Source: Ramazzottius varieornatus (taxonomy: Eukaryota > Animalia > Tardigrada). From it: DNA of 64,000 nt. A program made the translations under genes and the position numbers. Location of the stretch: NCBI GenBank assembly GCA_001949185.1, contig BDGG01000011.1:1678902-1742901 (forward strand). The letters are read 5' to 3'. The notes below the pieces were generated by a model. The model worked only from the letters and a program-made list of their open reading frames with translations, had not been told where the DNA came from and ran no database searches. Positions within the stretch are counted from its first letter, which is position 1, and each line of letters begins with the position of its first letter. This document shows, piece by piece, positions 1-13,612 of this stretch.

Positions 1-253
1 GCTTTTCCCTTTGGGAGGCTCCGACGGTTGAACCTTCCGTCACACGTCTGACCCGCTTTGGCGCAGGTAGTACAATCAAGCCGGTACTCCATGACACCGT
101 GGCCTTCATGCAACGAACTTCGCAGGCCGAAACTCGGCTGTATCGCAGAAAAGGCACACTGACCGTAGTAGGGCCATTGTAAAGAACATCCTTGTCCTTC
201 GAACGAAAACCACGGAAGGGCAGAATTCAGTACTGGGTCGCGGAGCAGAGCTC

Positions 254-260
254 TATATAA
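254..260 (+). promoter_or_regulatory. TATA box of the EGF/LDLa gene
   Basis: TATATAA about 100 nt upstream of ATG 360; Inr-like CCAGTC about 30-35 nt downstream. Confidence 0.55.
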
Positions 261-359
261 GCTGGCCAGACTCCCGAGTATCGGCTTTCCCAGTCTTCGT
301 TTTACATTTTAATCGTACTGTCCGTTGAGCTAGCAATTTAACAAATTTAAGCTGCAGAA

Positions 360-2380
360 ATGCAGGAAACCATGGGTGCTTCGTTGTGCGTAGTCATCTT
401 GATACTTTGCGTCTCGGTAAGAATTAGTCGTCCACATTCTTGGCTATCGATCTAATAAAATGAGGCATTTCTCTCCCCGTTTTAGGCCTGTAGCCTTACT
501 GAGCCACTCCAAGATGCGGTCATCAGTCGGCAGGAGCGCAGTATCGAAGGGCAGCCCTGCAATGCCGACAACAACTTTAACTGCAGCCTCTGCAACACCA
601 TCTGCAATCGGCGAACCGGCGTCTGCGAATGCGACCGTCGTCTTGCCGGTACGGCTCATATTTCCTCATCTTCAGCCACTGTATAGTCATTTGCTTACTA
701 CTGCATTTTGTAGTGCCGATGAAGATGCCACTCTTCCCGGAAGTGACCCAGTGCATTCCTTACGAGTACGTCAACGTCACAGGTGGTATGTGCCTGCCGA
801 CCAACCCCGACATGTGTACGCTGCTGGTTTCTGGCTCCTACTGTGACGTCTCTCAGCGAGATGGAACGGTTGGAAGAATGCGCTGTCGATGCAAAATTGC
901 TGGAACCTTCCCCAACTGCGTAGTCCGTAAGTACAAATTTGTCAAAAGTTTTTTTGGGCTCCTTGAAATTTTCAAAAATATCGAATATTAAATAAATACG
1001 AATATTATATAAATATGGCAACTGCGGAAATTTTTTGGTGTTTTCCATCGAATTCGACAAGCAAGATTTCCCAAGTGGCGCAGTCTTTCGGCAACAACAG
1101 CAGACGACGTGCCACTTGGAAAACACACGCACATGCATTGGGCCAGGTCACTCTTCCAAGTGGCGTACGGTTCCAGACGATAATAACGAAGAAGTGTGCC
1201 ACTTGGAAGCTCGGGTAGTGATCTAGTCTTGTGGAGGGCCCTCTCCGAGCTCGCAAATATTAGGAGTTATTCTTGTTTCCCGTCAGATTTTCCTGTTGAT
1301 TTTACAAGGCAATGTTTCTTGTGCGCGCCAGGTATCGGGACGGCCTGTCGACAGAACTCGACCTGCGAGAAAGACGTGGCCAACTCCTTCTGCGGTAACA
1401 TCACCAACGGTATCGGTCGGTGTCAGTGTGGACAGGTGGAGGGAGGTCGCAAGTACATTTCCAACCGTGATGGAACAGCCTGTCTGGCCATCAACTGCGC
1501 CACGAACCCCTGCAGTGGAGACCAGGCCTCCTCCACTTGCCGCGACACTGCCTACGGTTACGAATGCTCCTGCAACCCCAACACCAAAGGGAAGAGCCAC
1601 ACTTTCGACAGTCCCGGCATCTGTAAGTCCTTTTCTTTCTTGGAAAATCAAACGCTGTCAACATTATCCCGCAGAAGATATTTGGAGGGATTCCTTTTGT
1701 TCGAACTGTAGCCCTATTGCAATGCAAAAGTTATTTCCGGCATTTTTGTGCAGGCTGCCCAGCTGATCAAGTGGCTTGTGAGGACTTCACCAAATGCCTC
1801 AACGTAACGGACATTTGCAACGGCGTTGCTGATTGTCAGGTAATCATGACACTCTGTCGGACGACTGTCACTGTGCTGCGCATTTGATCGACATTCTTCT
1901 ACGAACGTTCGCAACAAAACCAGGTCTTTTCTGCTACAGGATTGTTCGGACGAGAAGCAGATCTTTTGCACCGGTCCTCTGCCCAAGACTAACCCGACTT
2001 GTCTGCAGATTCCCAGCACGCAGAACAGCCTTCGTTCCTCCAGCAACATCGGTTGCACCTCCGTCCCAGCCGCCACCACCGCCCAAGAAGCCTCGGCTCC
2101 CACATCGACCAACACCGTCAACCAGGTCGGTCCAGCATCTGCGCCAGTCACCACCGTCCTCCAAGAGGCCCAACCAGCTTCCAACGGCAATGGTTTCCCG
2201 GCAGTGACCATCCCTGATCCCGCACAGTTCCTGCCGGGCGCCTACAACGCCTTACGTGGAGTGTCCAGTGGAGTGCCGGTGCCGGCAGGCAGTCCGCAGC
2301 CACAAGCGAGTGTCATCCGAACCAACGTACCGACCTTGGCCATTCCCGCACTCGGCCTCCAGCAGCGCTCCCAAGGCTAA
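360..2380 (+). CDS. Secreted cysteine-rich protein: signal peptide, EGF/EB-like modules, one LDL-receptor class A domain, Ser/Thr/Pro/Ala-rich tail (6 exons)
   Basis: Phase-compatible GT-AG model: 360-416, 486-648, 714-926, 1287-1622, 1754-1839, 1940-2380. Starts MQETMGASLCVVILILCVS. EGF: CATNPCSGDQASSTCRDTAYGYECSC. LDLa: CPADQVACEDFTKCLNVTDICNGVADCQDCSDE. TAA at 2378-2380. Confidence 0.8.
1053..1236. repeat. Intronic array of 2 inverted-motif units (CAAGTGGCGCAC-N25-GTGCGCCACTTG family)
   Basis: TGGC/GCCA cores at 1076/1111 and 1161/1198; flanked by TTCGACAAG and TCTTGTGGAG; inside intron 927-1286. Confidence 0.85.
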
Positions 2381-2870
2381 AGACAACTCTTCGTCTTGTT
2401 TCAACCATAAACTCAACGTTTTGTTTTTTGTTTTCCAAAGTGAATTCCAACAGGGCAGAAAGCATCGTCCAGACAAGTTTATCCCTTTATACTGCGACAT
2501 CTTGTCGTTTATTAGTGGTTAAAGCCTTTGGCTGGTCCAAAAGCGACATGGTCAATCGAGTACCCTATCGCCAGATATTCCAGATTGTATTGTGAGGATT
2601 AGAAGATAATTTTGTGAGATTTCGCAAAGGCTTTTCATACAGTCACTTCGCGCATCGCTCTAAACATTTTTGTATAAACAACCAAAACTCCTTCGTACTT
2701 TTACACAGGAGTGCCATGGCTAATTTCCTTCCCTCCAGGCGACAAAGAAATATTAGTATTGGACGACAGCATAAGAAAACTTGAACCACTTCTAACTCTC
2801 CTTCTCGGTCATCCGAGCGTAGCAAAGGCTGCACTAAAATTCTCTTGCAAAGGGAAGGAGGGAGCCTTCT

Positions 2871-5800
2871 TCAGCGAGCCGACGGAACAAGCTTGCACAA
2901 GTAGTTCAACGGCACCTGTCGCACTTGATCCGAGTTCTCCGGCTTGAACACCGCATCCGTCCCTTCCTGCATCATCATCTTACCACAAACCTCCCTTTCA
3001 TCGCCCACGATAACCTTGACCTGCAACATAAAGTCCACGTCACTCAACGATGAAAACTTTGGCGTCGACAGAATCTCTCAAAACCTCGGCCAACAAACTG
3101 ACAAGAACATTTTTGTCAGGTGGCGCACGCTTCCAGCCAATAACGGTGAAAACATGCGCCACTTGAAGAAGCCATCTGTCCAGCTGTTTTCCCAAGTGGC
3201 GCAGTCGTCCGGTATTACTGACTACATAAGGTGCGCCACTTGGAAAACAGCGCAAACTCGACAAGAGGATCTAGCCAAGTGGCGCACTCTTGTCATCATT
3301 GAGACCGAGGATGTTCGCCACTCGGAAATCAGTCCTTTAGCCTTCGTTTGGCGGGCTGCCTCTTATTTGACATGCAATGTGACCTGATCGCCTTTGGTTG
3401 GTAAGATGGGCTGCAAGTGTCCGGCCACCGTATTAATGACTCGGTCGAGGTGGGGGAGGTAGATGGAGCACATCATGCCGCTGACGGAGCGGACATGTCC
3501 CACGGTGTTAACCAGAGCTGCATCCTCGTGTCGCGTGATGCGCACTTGGATGTCCGTCGTCACCCAATCACCGGGAAGCTGCTCGTCGCGATTACCCGGC
3601 GTCTGAGGATTGAAATGTCCACCTACAAAGCAAGAAAAGCATTTAGTTCAACATTCCACCCAAAGCTAACATTTCAGAAAGTAGTCCAAAATTTGAGCTC
3701 GGCTCAAAATCAAGTAATAAAATCATGCTTTCACCACGTCAATCCAACGTGGCAAAACATGTAATCCGTACACAACAAGTTCCTACCACGTTATGCAAAA
3801 CTGAAAAGGCGTGGTTTTAAGCCTATGTTTTGAGCCGGGTTTACGGAAAAGTCGTTTCCTATCGAAGGTTTACCTGGAGTGATGGGGTTAAAGGGCGACT
3901 GTAAATTGCCAGGAGCCGGTGTGTAGCCAGCGGGTGAGTCCAGGCTGTAGGGGTTGTAGGGCGTGTTGACCATGCCAGGAGTAGCGGGCATGGCGCTGCC
4001 ACCGTAGCCATATCCCGGGGTAGCTGGCGGTGCGAATGGAGTGTTGGGGTTATGGTGGATGGACGAGTCGGCGCTGGCCTCCAGCTGATCCGACGGTGGC
4101 GAACCTTCAGGATCATCTACAAAGGCAAAGAAAGACCCGTCAGAAAACCAACGAACAAAATTCGCACAAATCTAAACTTCACCTTGTCCAGTGCAAAATC
4201 TTTAAAAATTATTCACTATTTTCTGAAATGTTTTTCTATATTTCTAAAATTCCGAAGATAGTTTTGTGTAATTCAAAAATTTTAGAAACGTTTTTCGTTT
4301 ATTAAATAGATTTAAGAAAGATTTTTACCGAAAATGTTCAATTTTTTTAGGGATTTCCGGGAGTTGTAAGTTTGTCATTTTCTGGGAAGAGATTCTGACA
4401 GTTTCGGACCTGGGTCTTCCGGCATGGCATGTGGCCTGGGCGTCTGCAGTCCGCCATCTTGGACTCTGCCCCCGCCCCACTGGTTGCCTCCGCTGGAAGG
4501 CTCTTCATCCGCGTCGTCGTCCCACGTGGGCCGTGGCGTGGCCATGGCGCCTTCATAGCGCGGTGTCATGTTACCCGCTTGCATTTCATGTCGGGGAGTC
4601 ATACCACTCGCTTCAGGCGCATAGCGAGGCGTCATGGCACCCGCATTGTAGGCCGGCGTGCGCGAACCCCATTCCGAAGATGTGTTGTAACTGGGGGTCC
4701 GTGTGGCATCTTCGTAACGCGGAGTACGAGTTCCGTCTTCGTATCTTGGCGTCTTCGAGCCCGTCTCATACCTGAAAGACCATATGAGGATAAGATAAGC
4801 GGCAGTGCAATACAATGAGCTCGAGAAGACAAACTCAGACATACTAAGTCAAGCGGCGCACTTAGCCATCTTTTGTGAAGACAAAACTGCGCCACTACTA
4901 AACCCTAGCAGGAGCCCCGCTTTAGCAAAGCACTTAGCCGCGAGGAATAACCGAGTAAGTGCGCCACTCTTGAAACCACACGTCGACCCCGCAAAACTAG
5001 CGCATTTTCCCTTCCTGAATGAAGGACGAAGTGCGTCACTGATAATACGACCTCAAGATTTATTATTTGAATACATTCTCGATGGCAAAAACCATCTAGG
5101 GGATTCTCCGGAGATTTAAGTTTTGTACCTGGGTGTCTGAGGAACAGCTGACGGTGTTCTATTGCCCGTGTCGCCTCTCATCAGCATGGGTTTAGCTACC
5201 GCCGTCGAGGAAGCGCTAGGTGCCGCACCGATCTCCTGGACTCTCATCCTGTCCACCGAGATGGTTTGTGGAGAAGCGTGGAGCTCCACGCGGGCGGTGG
5301 TGTCATCACAGTCCTTGATGATACCAATGTGGCCTTTGAAGGGACCCATCGTGATCTTCACGGTCTTCCCGATCATACCGGTATCTCTTCTTCCGAACCT
5401 ACACAGGAAAAACAGCACTCTGAAACTCCAGCCAACCTTCCACCGTTTCCACAATCTCTCCCTGTCGAACTCGCGACCTCTATCTCCATTAATAACTCCA
5501 CCCTCGGGCCAGCGCTTCACCAACCTGCATACCGCTCACAGACAAAACATACGCAAAACAGCATGCAGGTTTGTGCACATAAATCTTTCACGAACTTGCA
5601 TACAGCCTGCTGGACAACTTCAGCGAAAGTTTGTACGCAGGGTCATAAGATACTGTTTTTTCGGTGTTAGATCGGTGAAAAAAAGAAGACAAAATTCTCC
5701 ACCTGTTGTTTCCGCCAAAGTTTGGATTACTCTGCGGTCGGTTCATGCCCGGTGACTGCTGAAGCGGTGTTCGGCCACTAGCGCTACGCGGACTGACGCC

Positions 5801-8800
5801 AGCGGCGTTGGCTGCGTAGCCGGCGCCGGAGCTGGGATGGGCGGGGCTAGCCGCCACCCGCGGCGACTGAGGAGCGAAGCTGTAGGAGGGTACTTGGGAA
5901 GGAACAGCACCCGTAGTCGAGCCCAGCTGCAAGGCGTTCTTGGCCATACAGGTGAAGATGCCGCCGTTCTCCGGGAAGAGCTTCGAGTAGAGGAAGAGTG
6001 TCGAGCGGTAGACGTGCTTGATTTCGCCTTGCTTGCCCGCGTGGACGCCGTCCACAACCTACGAAAACCCACCGTTCATTTCGGCTTTGTAGGTTTTCCT
6101 GAGCGTTATTTCTGCGCCAGGAACAGAAAATCGTCTCTCACCTTGACAGTACTCTTCACGGAAATTTGGTTTCCCGCACTATCTAATGCCTTCCCCTTGA
6201 AATCCTTCTTTCTTAGGATAGCTGCTGGTTTGACTTGGACGACGATACCGCGGTTATTCAGAATGTGAAACAGCGTCTTCTCCAACCTACCAAACCAAAC
6301 TCTACTATTTATGATCGAATAAATCCCGTACGGGAGCTCGAAACTAACTGGAAAAGTCCATTTCCCCAACTGGCGCAAACCTTCAGCCAAAAACACTGAG
6401 AAAGTGCGCCGCTTTGGAACATCGTCTGGCCAATTTCTCCAGCGGCACACGTTCCCGAACCAATTGGCTAGTGGCGTGCGCCACTTGAAAAATCTACTTT
6501 GTCGCTTTTACAACTGGTGCAGTTCTTCACTACTGCTGGCTAGTGGCCTGCGCCACTTGAGGAGGCAATGTTCTCGACTTTCTCTGATGAGTACCGAAGA
6601 GTGGAAAGTTACCTGACGATGACGCCGACAGTCTGAGCGTCCAGCTCGACCAAGTCGCCCCACTGGTACTGTCCCAGTGAGTCGATGCCCGTGGCTCGTT
6701 CGGCACTCAACTGAATGTCTTCCGGTAGGACTTTCAGCTCGTGGTTGCCCAAGTCGGACACCAGCACGATCCGGTTTTCCTCCACGCGGATGACCATACC
6801 CGTGCTGCCTTCATGATGACCACGCAAGACACGAACATGGTCACCCAACTTGAAGAACTTCTTCAACTCACCTGCAACGATGAAAACACTTCAACGTAAG
6901 CTCATCGTTGTGATATTCCCACTTTTTCTCCAATGATTTAAATTCGCAAGCTCGACAAGATGGTTTTCCCAGATGGCGCACACTACCAGACAACAACACT
7001 GTAAACGTGCGCCACCTGGCAGCTCGACAAGATCAGTTCCCAAAGTCGCGCACGCCACCAGATACTACCGCTGGAATAGGGCACCACATCCTAAAATTAT
7101 CTTGCCGAGCTTGTTCGTGGGTTTCTCATTTCACTTCTGGAATATCTGTTTTATGGCGAGATACTCTCTGGAGTGATACGTACGGGAGGGAAACTCGATG
7201 GGGTCTTTCAGCGCTTCATGTTCCGGTTGAATGACGACCTTCTTGCCGTCCACTCTGATCACCTTCCCCTTCAGATGGATCAGTTCGCCTTCACAGACTT
7301 CCACAAAGTCTCCATGAGCAAACCTCGAGCCGTCTTGGTTCTCTTCGGCCACATCCACTACCGCCTTCGTCAACTCCATCTGGTCCAACGACTCGTCGAA
7401 CTTCTCCAGTTCCGTCAGCGTCGGTTTCACGCCTTCGAGAAAAAAATCCAAACATTACAAAGTATACGTTTGAACTCAGAAAAGACACACTTCTTACCGT
7501 CGATGATGAGGGCGTTCAAGGGAAAGATTTTCAACATGAAGCCCGTCATGGTGAAGCGAGCTTGCTGGAAGACGTACATGTCACCATCCCGGCCGTAATC
7601 GCCTCCACAGTCGCGAATCATTTCGGGATCGAAGAGCTTCTGCGGAGGGCGCGCTTCCTTCCTTGACTTTAACGCTGCTTTATCCTCTTCACTTCCTCGT
7701 TTCAGGATCTTCAGCCGGTTGTAGTTGATGCGAGGGATCATGCGGAGCGTCGCTTGTCCTTGCGAAGGATCAACCCATTCAACCTGCGTAACAGACATGT
7801 GACATGACATAGCGCATATAACATTACCTGCTGATGATGTGAGCCGGACATGACATACTAGCAATACCTGGCTAAAAACTTAGCATGGCTTATCTGACAT
7901 ACCATGACATACCATGACATACCATGGTCTTACCTGGGCCAAGTCGTCCTTGTACAGTTGGCCTCTTCTGACGCGCACCCACTGCTTCGTCTTGACGCTG
8001 CCCGTGCTCCTGACCACCTTGAGGACATCCGTCATCTCCTTGATGGGTACCATCTGCTCCTTGTTCAAACCCATCCTCAAGTTCGAAATGTTCTCGATGG
8101 CTTGACGAACGTGGGTCTGTTTGAAGGCCTCAATGTAGACGTATCCCTTGACGCCTTCCACTGTCAAGACTGACTTGATCTGTAGCGGCTCTTCGGATCT
8201 CTCGTAGGCCAGAAACTTGCGCATTAGCTGAAGGCATGTCTCACGCTCTTCGCCCTGTCGACACTTCACCGTCCACAAGTTGGGATCTTTGACGTTGGGC
8301 AGGAGCGACTGGCGTGTAATATCTTCGGAGGTCTGGCTGTCGGCCAAGGCGCGATCTCGAGCTGAAGTTTCTGCATACTTCTTCCTAAAAGCACACATCA
8401 TACGTTCACCCAGGCTGCAAACGATTCCCATCCACTAAAGAAACCATTTTGTGCCAGAATAAAAAGAGAAACAAATTTATCCGAAATTTGGCAGGCCATG
8501 AGTGTCATCTACGGCTAAAGCCACACGCAGCAACATCATCCAGGCGGCTTGCCAAATATCGAAAACTAAATTGAATTTGAAACCTGTAATATTCTTCGAT
8601 CTCTTCTTCTTTCTCGCTGCTGATCATCTGTGCCAGTCGACGATGACTCTCAACATCCCGAGCTGACGGTCCACCTTCTTCGTCGTTGAGGTGCAGATCA
8701 TGGCGTCGAGCGTGATGGCGTTGGGTTTCTTTCAGCAGCTCTTCAGCCCCTTCCTCCCATTCGACGTCCTCTTCGTCGTCATCATCCACCTCAGCTTCGT

Positions 8801-9192
8801 CCAAGATGAAATCATTCACCTTGGCCTTACGTTTCTTCTTGGCTTTGGACTTTCCACCCTTCCTTCGGTCTCTCTTGGAGGTTGGCTGGTTCAAAGCCAA
8901 ATCACTATAATCCTGAAGAACAAACTCACGAGTTGGAATAACATTCCAAATGCTGGAGAAAGTCCATCAGTCAAACCTGGTCATCTTTTTCATCCTCATC
9001 CTCCTCGTCGTCCTCTTCCTCCTCCTCTTCATCCACCTCGTCCTCGTCCTCATTATTATCCTTGATCTTCTGTTTCTTGTGAGGAGTCTAGAAAGCAAAG
9101 GACTCAACACTCCATGCAGGCATGTACTGAAAATCAAACGAAATTCAGAGGCAGTCACTTACGAAGTCCGCATCTTCCTCGCTGTCGGACAT
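2871..9192 (-). CDS. SPT5: Transcription elongation factor SPT5 (DSIF large subunit), multi-exon
   Basis: Starts [10 protein letters not shown] then gtaagt. Acidic N-terminus with [10 protein letters not shown]; NGN domain ([15 protein letters not shown]...KGYVYIEA); several KOW motifs; C-terminal G(S/T)RTPxY-type repeats; final KOW; TGA at 2871-2873. Confidence 0.97.
3097..3327. repeat. Intronic array of 3 inverted-motif units
   Basis: Cores at 3121/3158, 3197/3235, 3280/3317 in SPT5 intron 3021-3383. Confidence 0.9.
4195..4350. other. 10-bp periodic An/Tn cluster (PATC-like) in an SPT5 intron
   Basis: T-runs start near 4201, 4212, 4219, 4231, 4241, 4250, 4262, 4272, 4280, 4291, 4302, 4311, 4322, 4342 with no repeated unit sequence. 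Confidence 0.65.
4819..5042. repeat. Intronic array of 3 degenerate inverted-motif units, 72-bp period
   Basis: Cores at 4854/4891, 4926/4963, 4998/5035 in SPT5 intron 4772-5128. Confidence 0.8.
5518..5647. repeat. Second, unrelated intronic inverted-motif family (CACCAACCTGCATAC-N28-GCATGCAGGTTTGTG), 2 units, about 71-72-bp period
   Basis: Arms at 5518-5532/5561-5575 and 5589-5603/5633-5647 in SPT5 intron 5399-5702. Confidence 0.55.
6336..6562. repeat. Intronic array of 3 inverted-motif units, 72-bp period
   Basis: Cores at 6371/6408, 6443/6480, 6515/6552 in SPT5 intron 6287-6612. Confidence 0.88.
6951..7109. repeat. Intronic array of 2 inverted-motif units, 72-bp period
   Basis: Cores at 6974/7011 and 7046/7083; CTCGACAAGA precedes each unit; TCTTGCCGAG at 7100-7109; SPT5 intron 6872-7183. 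Confidence 0.85.
7895..7926. repeat. 10-bp tandem repeat (TGACATACCA)x3 in an SPT5 intron
   Basis: Read directly; degenerate GACAT copies continue to about 7793. Confidence 0.85.
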
Positions 9193-9435
9193 GTTGGCGC
9201 AAGTTACTGTCCGAGATCAATCAGCTCCAAGAAGCTCCGTAACAGCTACCCCAGAAGTTGTGCAAACCAGAACTTGTATGACCTGTATCCACAAAATCGA
9301 CGCAGGGATCCTGCTGTCACAGCTGTGCAGTGGAAAGTTGCTAAACATCGTGTCCATCTGAGACCAGCTTGCTATGAAACTTGCTTGGTCATGATACCTG
9401 CTGTACTGCACGGAAAGGCGGTGACTTGGGCAGAG

Positions 9436-9456
9436 AGGACCCGGGTTCGATTCCCA
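9436..9456 (+). other. tRNA-like B-box/T-arm fragment (SINE head or tRNA relic) upstream of SPT5
   Basis: GACCCGGGTTCGATTCCC; no complete cloverleaf could be built. Confidence 0.3.
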
Positions 9457-9965
9457 CTGTGTCGACTCTATGTCTTACGGCACGTTGCAGATGGTCAAAT
9501 TCATAATTCAATCTTAAGTTACATATACTGTTATCTTTCGGAACATACGTTAAACGGAGAACAGAATGCGACAGAAGTCTGCGCTGGAAACTTGGATAAC
9601 CAAGATATCGTCAGCATGTGTTAGCAGTATCGTGAAGAGACGTCCAGCCTGTATATTTGCTTGATTACAGAACATGTCGAAGGCAACAGCCCATTCACCT
9701 CTGCGCCGGGATACCGCGCTCCTGCTCAGAATGCTGATTAAAGTAAACGTTCGCTCTGCGAGCTTGACTGCCGATCATAGAACCGTACTTTCAACTGGTA
9801 ACCGTGAACAAAATTCTAAACAGTCTATGTTTTTAGTACTCACGCATAATGACCTGTACCGTATAAACGCGTTTTGCTTCAACTGGTTGAAATGGGGCCA
9901 TCATTAGAGTATGTGTACTGAGCCACTCCGAGCTCGCCGTCCACTTATGCGAGACGCTGCGAGAC

Positions 9966-10250
9966 GTGACGGTTTTGTGGCTCCTAGCCGACAAAGAAGT
10001 TAGAGATGCACGCGTACGTGCAGAGCTCCAGCAAGAAGACCAGCGGCGCGCGGAAGACCGCGCTCTTGAGGAAGCTCGTGTTATGAACGATCGAAGGAAG
10101 GTGGACGAAGCCACGGCAGCTCGACGCCTCAACAAAGACCGCGTTCGGCAGGATGAGCGTAACCGCGAGAACGAGTTAGCTGCGGCCAGCGATCGAGCTG
10201 AGAGGTCACTGTATCGCCGAGACTTTCAGCAACGATTCTATCGTCGTTAA
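9966..10250 (+). other. Charged coiled-coil ORF fragment, possibly a transposon accessory-protein remnant
   Basis: R/E/D-rich helix (QRRAEDRALEE) resembling the C-terminus of the Harbinger partner ORF at 19329-19520. Confidence 0.25.
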
Positions 10251-10691
10251 GATGGTGAGGGCACTCAGCCTGAAAGCTCAACTTGACGTTACAGTCTTCG
10301 TGACGTGAAATCTGTTTTATGGTTTTTCACAGGTACATTTGGACAAGCCTTCGTCAAATAATACAAAGAGCTTCGTTTACTTTTTTTGGGTTTCCTGTCA
10401 GTTTCCGACGTAATCTCAGTAGTAAACCATATCTCGTCTTTTTTCGTTTTACTTCAATACGGTGTCTTTGAAGTGACTGCAGTTGTCGCTGAACGGTCTC
10501 CTGTCGAAGCTTCCTTTAACGCCCTTTACTGAAACTTTATCTTTCGGGCTCGCAGAAGACCGCACTCTGTTCTTTCTAGCAATCAGCTGAAGTCATTCCG
10601 TTGGTCAATTCGATTGAACCTACATGCTTCGGACCTCCATAGCTCTAATGTAGAATAGAATACTTGGAACTGAAAAACCAGCTTGGATCCA

Positions 10692-12150
<1,459 letters not shown>

Positions 12151-12156
12151 ATTAGA

Positions 12157-12828
12157 ATGGCTAACTGAGAGCAATTAAATTTCCAAAACAGGTTTTCACC
12201 TCTTATAGAACAGTTTATCGTTTTGCATGATCACATTTTATCTATTTTAATCCTTATTCAGTCTATTGTCGAATATAGACTAACTAAATTGTGCTATAAT
12301 AAATTTAGAGTCACTAAGCAGAGAGAAAATCACGAACTAGAAATTTTATGAACTTTTCTGCCCGGAATAGTTTTAATTATTATCGCCTTCCCGTCCTTGC
12401 GCTTACTTTACTTATCAGAAGAAAGAGAGAAATCGCCCTTAAATATTAAAACAATAGGCCACCAATGGTATTGATCTTATGAGTACAGAGATTTTAAAGA
12501 ACTTGAATTCGATGCTTTTATAAAGCCTGTCGAAAAAACAAGTTCTTTTCGTCTTTTAGAGACAGACAACCACACATGCATCCCAACAAATACACCTGTC
12601 CAAATATTTGTTTCTTCCACTGATGTTTTACACTCATGAACTATTCCAGCAATAGGAGTGAAAGCTGATTCTACTCCAGGACGTCTTAACATTATTAATA
12701 TTATAGCAATAAAGCCAGGTTTATTTTACGGTCAGTGTTCAGAAATTTGCGGAACAAACCACAGTTTCATGCTTATCACCCTTGACACGCGACCCATTTA
12801 CTTTTTTGAAGAATGAGTAAAAATAATA
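12157..12828 (+). pseudogene. cox2: cox2 (NUMT copy)
   Basis: ATG at 12157; [30 protein letters not shown]. Confidence 0.92.
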
Positions 12829-12956
12829 ATTAGCAGATAATTTAAAAGCTCTAATGCGTCGAGCTTTTAATTCGAAGATAAAGAATATTCTGTTTAAATT
12901 AGAAAACTTAATTAAAAAAAAAGTTATCAACTTTAAATTACTCGTACGTAATTTTC
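12829..12956 (+). pseudogene. mt trnK and trnD copies
   Basis: Anticodon arm tcgagcTTTtaattcga; position between cox2 and atp8. Confidence 0.55.
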
Positions 12957-12957
12957 T

Positions 12958-13612
12958 GTGCCCCGCATATCAAATTTACCGTGAATAAGAATTTATATTG
13001 TCATATCTGTTATTATTAACTTAATTTTTATATCTTCCTCGCACCCTGCTCAGAAAATTATAGTAAGAAAAACCCCAACAGAACTATTGTTTTATCAAAA
13101 TAAATGATTATGACAGTAAGATTATTTTCCTCTTTTGACCCAATAGGGGGTGTTTTTTCCATAAATTACGTTTCTCTTTTGACTTTTCTTATTAGGCCCG
13201 TTTTAGGAGACTTCATTTTTTTACAAAAAAGTCGAAAAAAACTTTTAAGTTCCGATATTCATTTGTCAATTGAAAGGGAATTAAATAGAACAATTTCAAA
13301 CCCCTTCAAAAAAGGAAAAACCAACCTTCTCATGGTTATTTTTTGTAGATTATCACTAATAAATTCAACAGGTTTGATACCTTATTTATTTACAAGGACA
13401 GCTCATATAGCTGTAAACTTATCGCTAACATTGCCGTTTTGATGAGGTTTTATCTTATTTAGACTTTTTTACAACACCGACCATTTTTTTAGTCAGTTGG
13501 TGCCTTTAAGTACCCCACTCCCCCTTTCACAGTTTATAGTAATTATCGAAAGAGTTAGTCAACCAATTCGTCCAATTACTTTATCAGTACGCTTAGCTGC
13601 CAATATGACAGC
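12958..13612 (+). pseudogene. atp6: atp8 and 3'-truncated atp6 (NUMT)
   Basis: atp8 (M)PHMSNLPW; atp6 LFSSFDP...RPITLSVRLAANMTA, then a break. Confidence 0.85.

Noticed and set aside
3097-3327. Palindrome arrays as a CRISPR array
   Set aside because: They lie in eukaryotic introns, the half-sites alternate orientation, the spacers are weakly homologous to each other, and there are no cas genes.
4410-4771. TPRY repeats as a novel repeat protein
   Set aside because: This is the normal SPT5 C-terminal repeat region.
6961-7020. Half-site as a canonical CTCF motif (CCAGATGGCGC)
   Set aside because: Only the 3' part matches. The 5' CC and the AG(G/A) core are usually replaced (TTCCCAAGTGGCGC), so identity with CTCF sites is not supported.
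9380-9470. Nuclear tRNA gene
   Set aside because: Only a B-box/T-arm is present; no convincing acceptor stem, D-arm or anticodon arm.
444-9624. Many short antisense or alternate-frame ORFs in the supplied track
   Set aside because: They are shadows of the GC-rich exons of the EGF/LDLa gene and SPT5.
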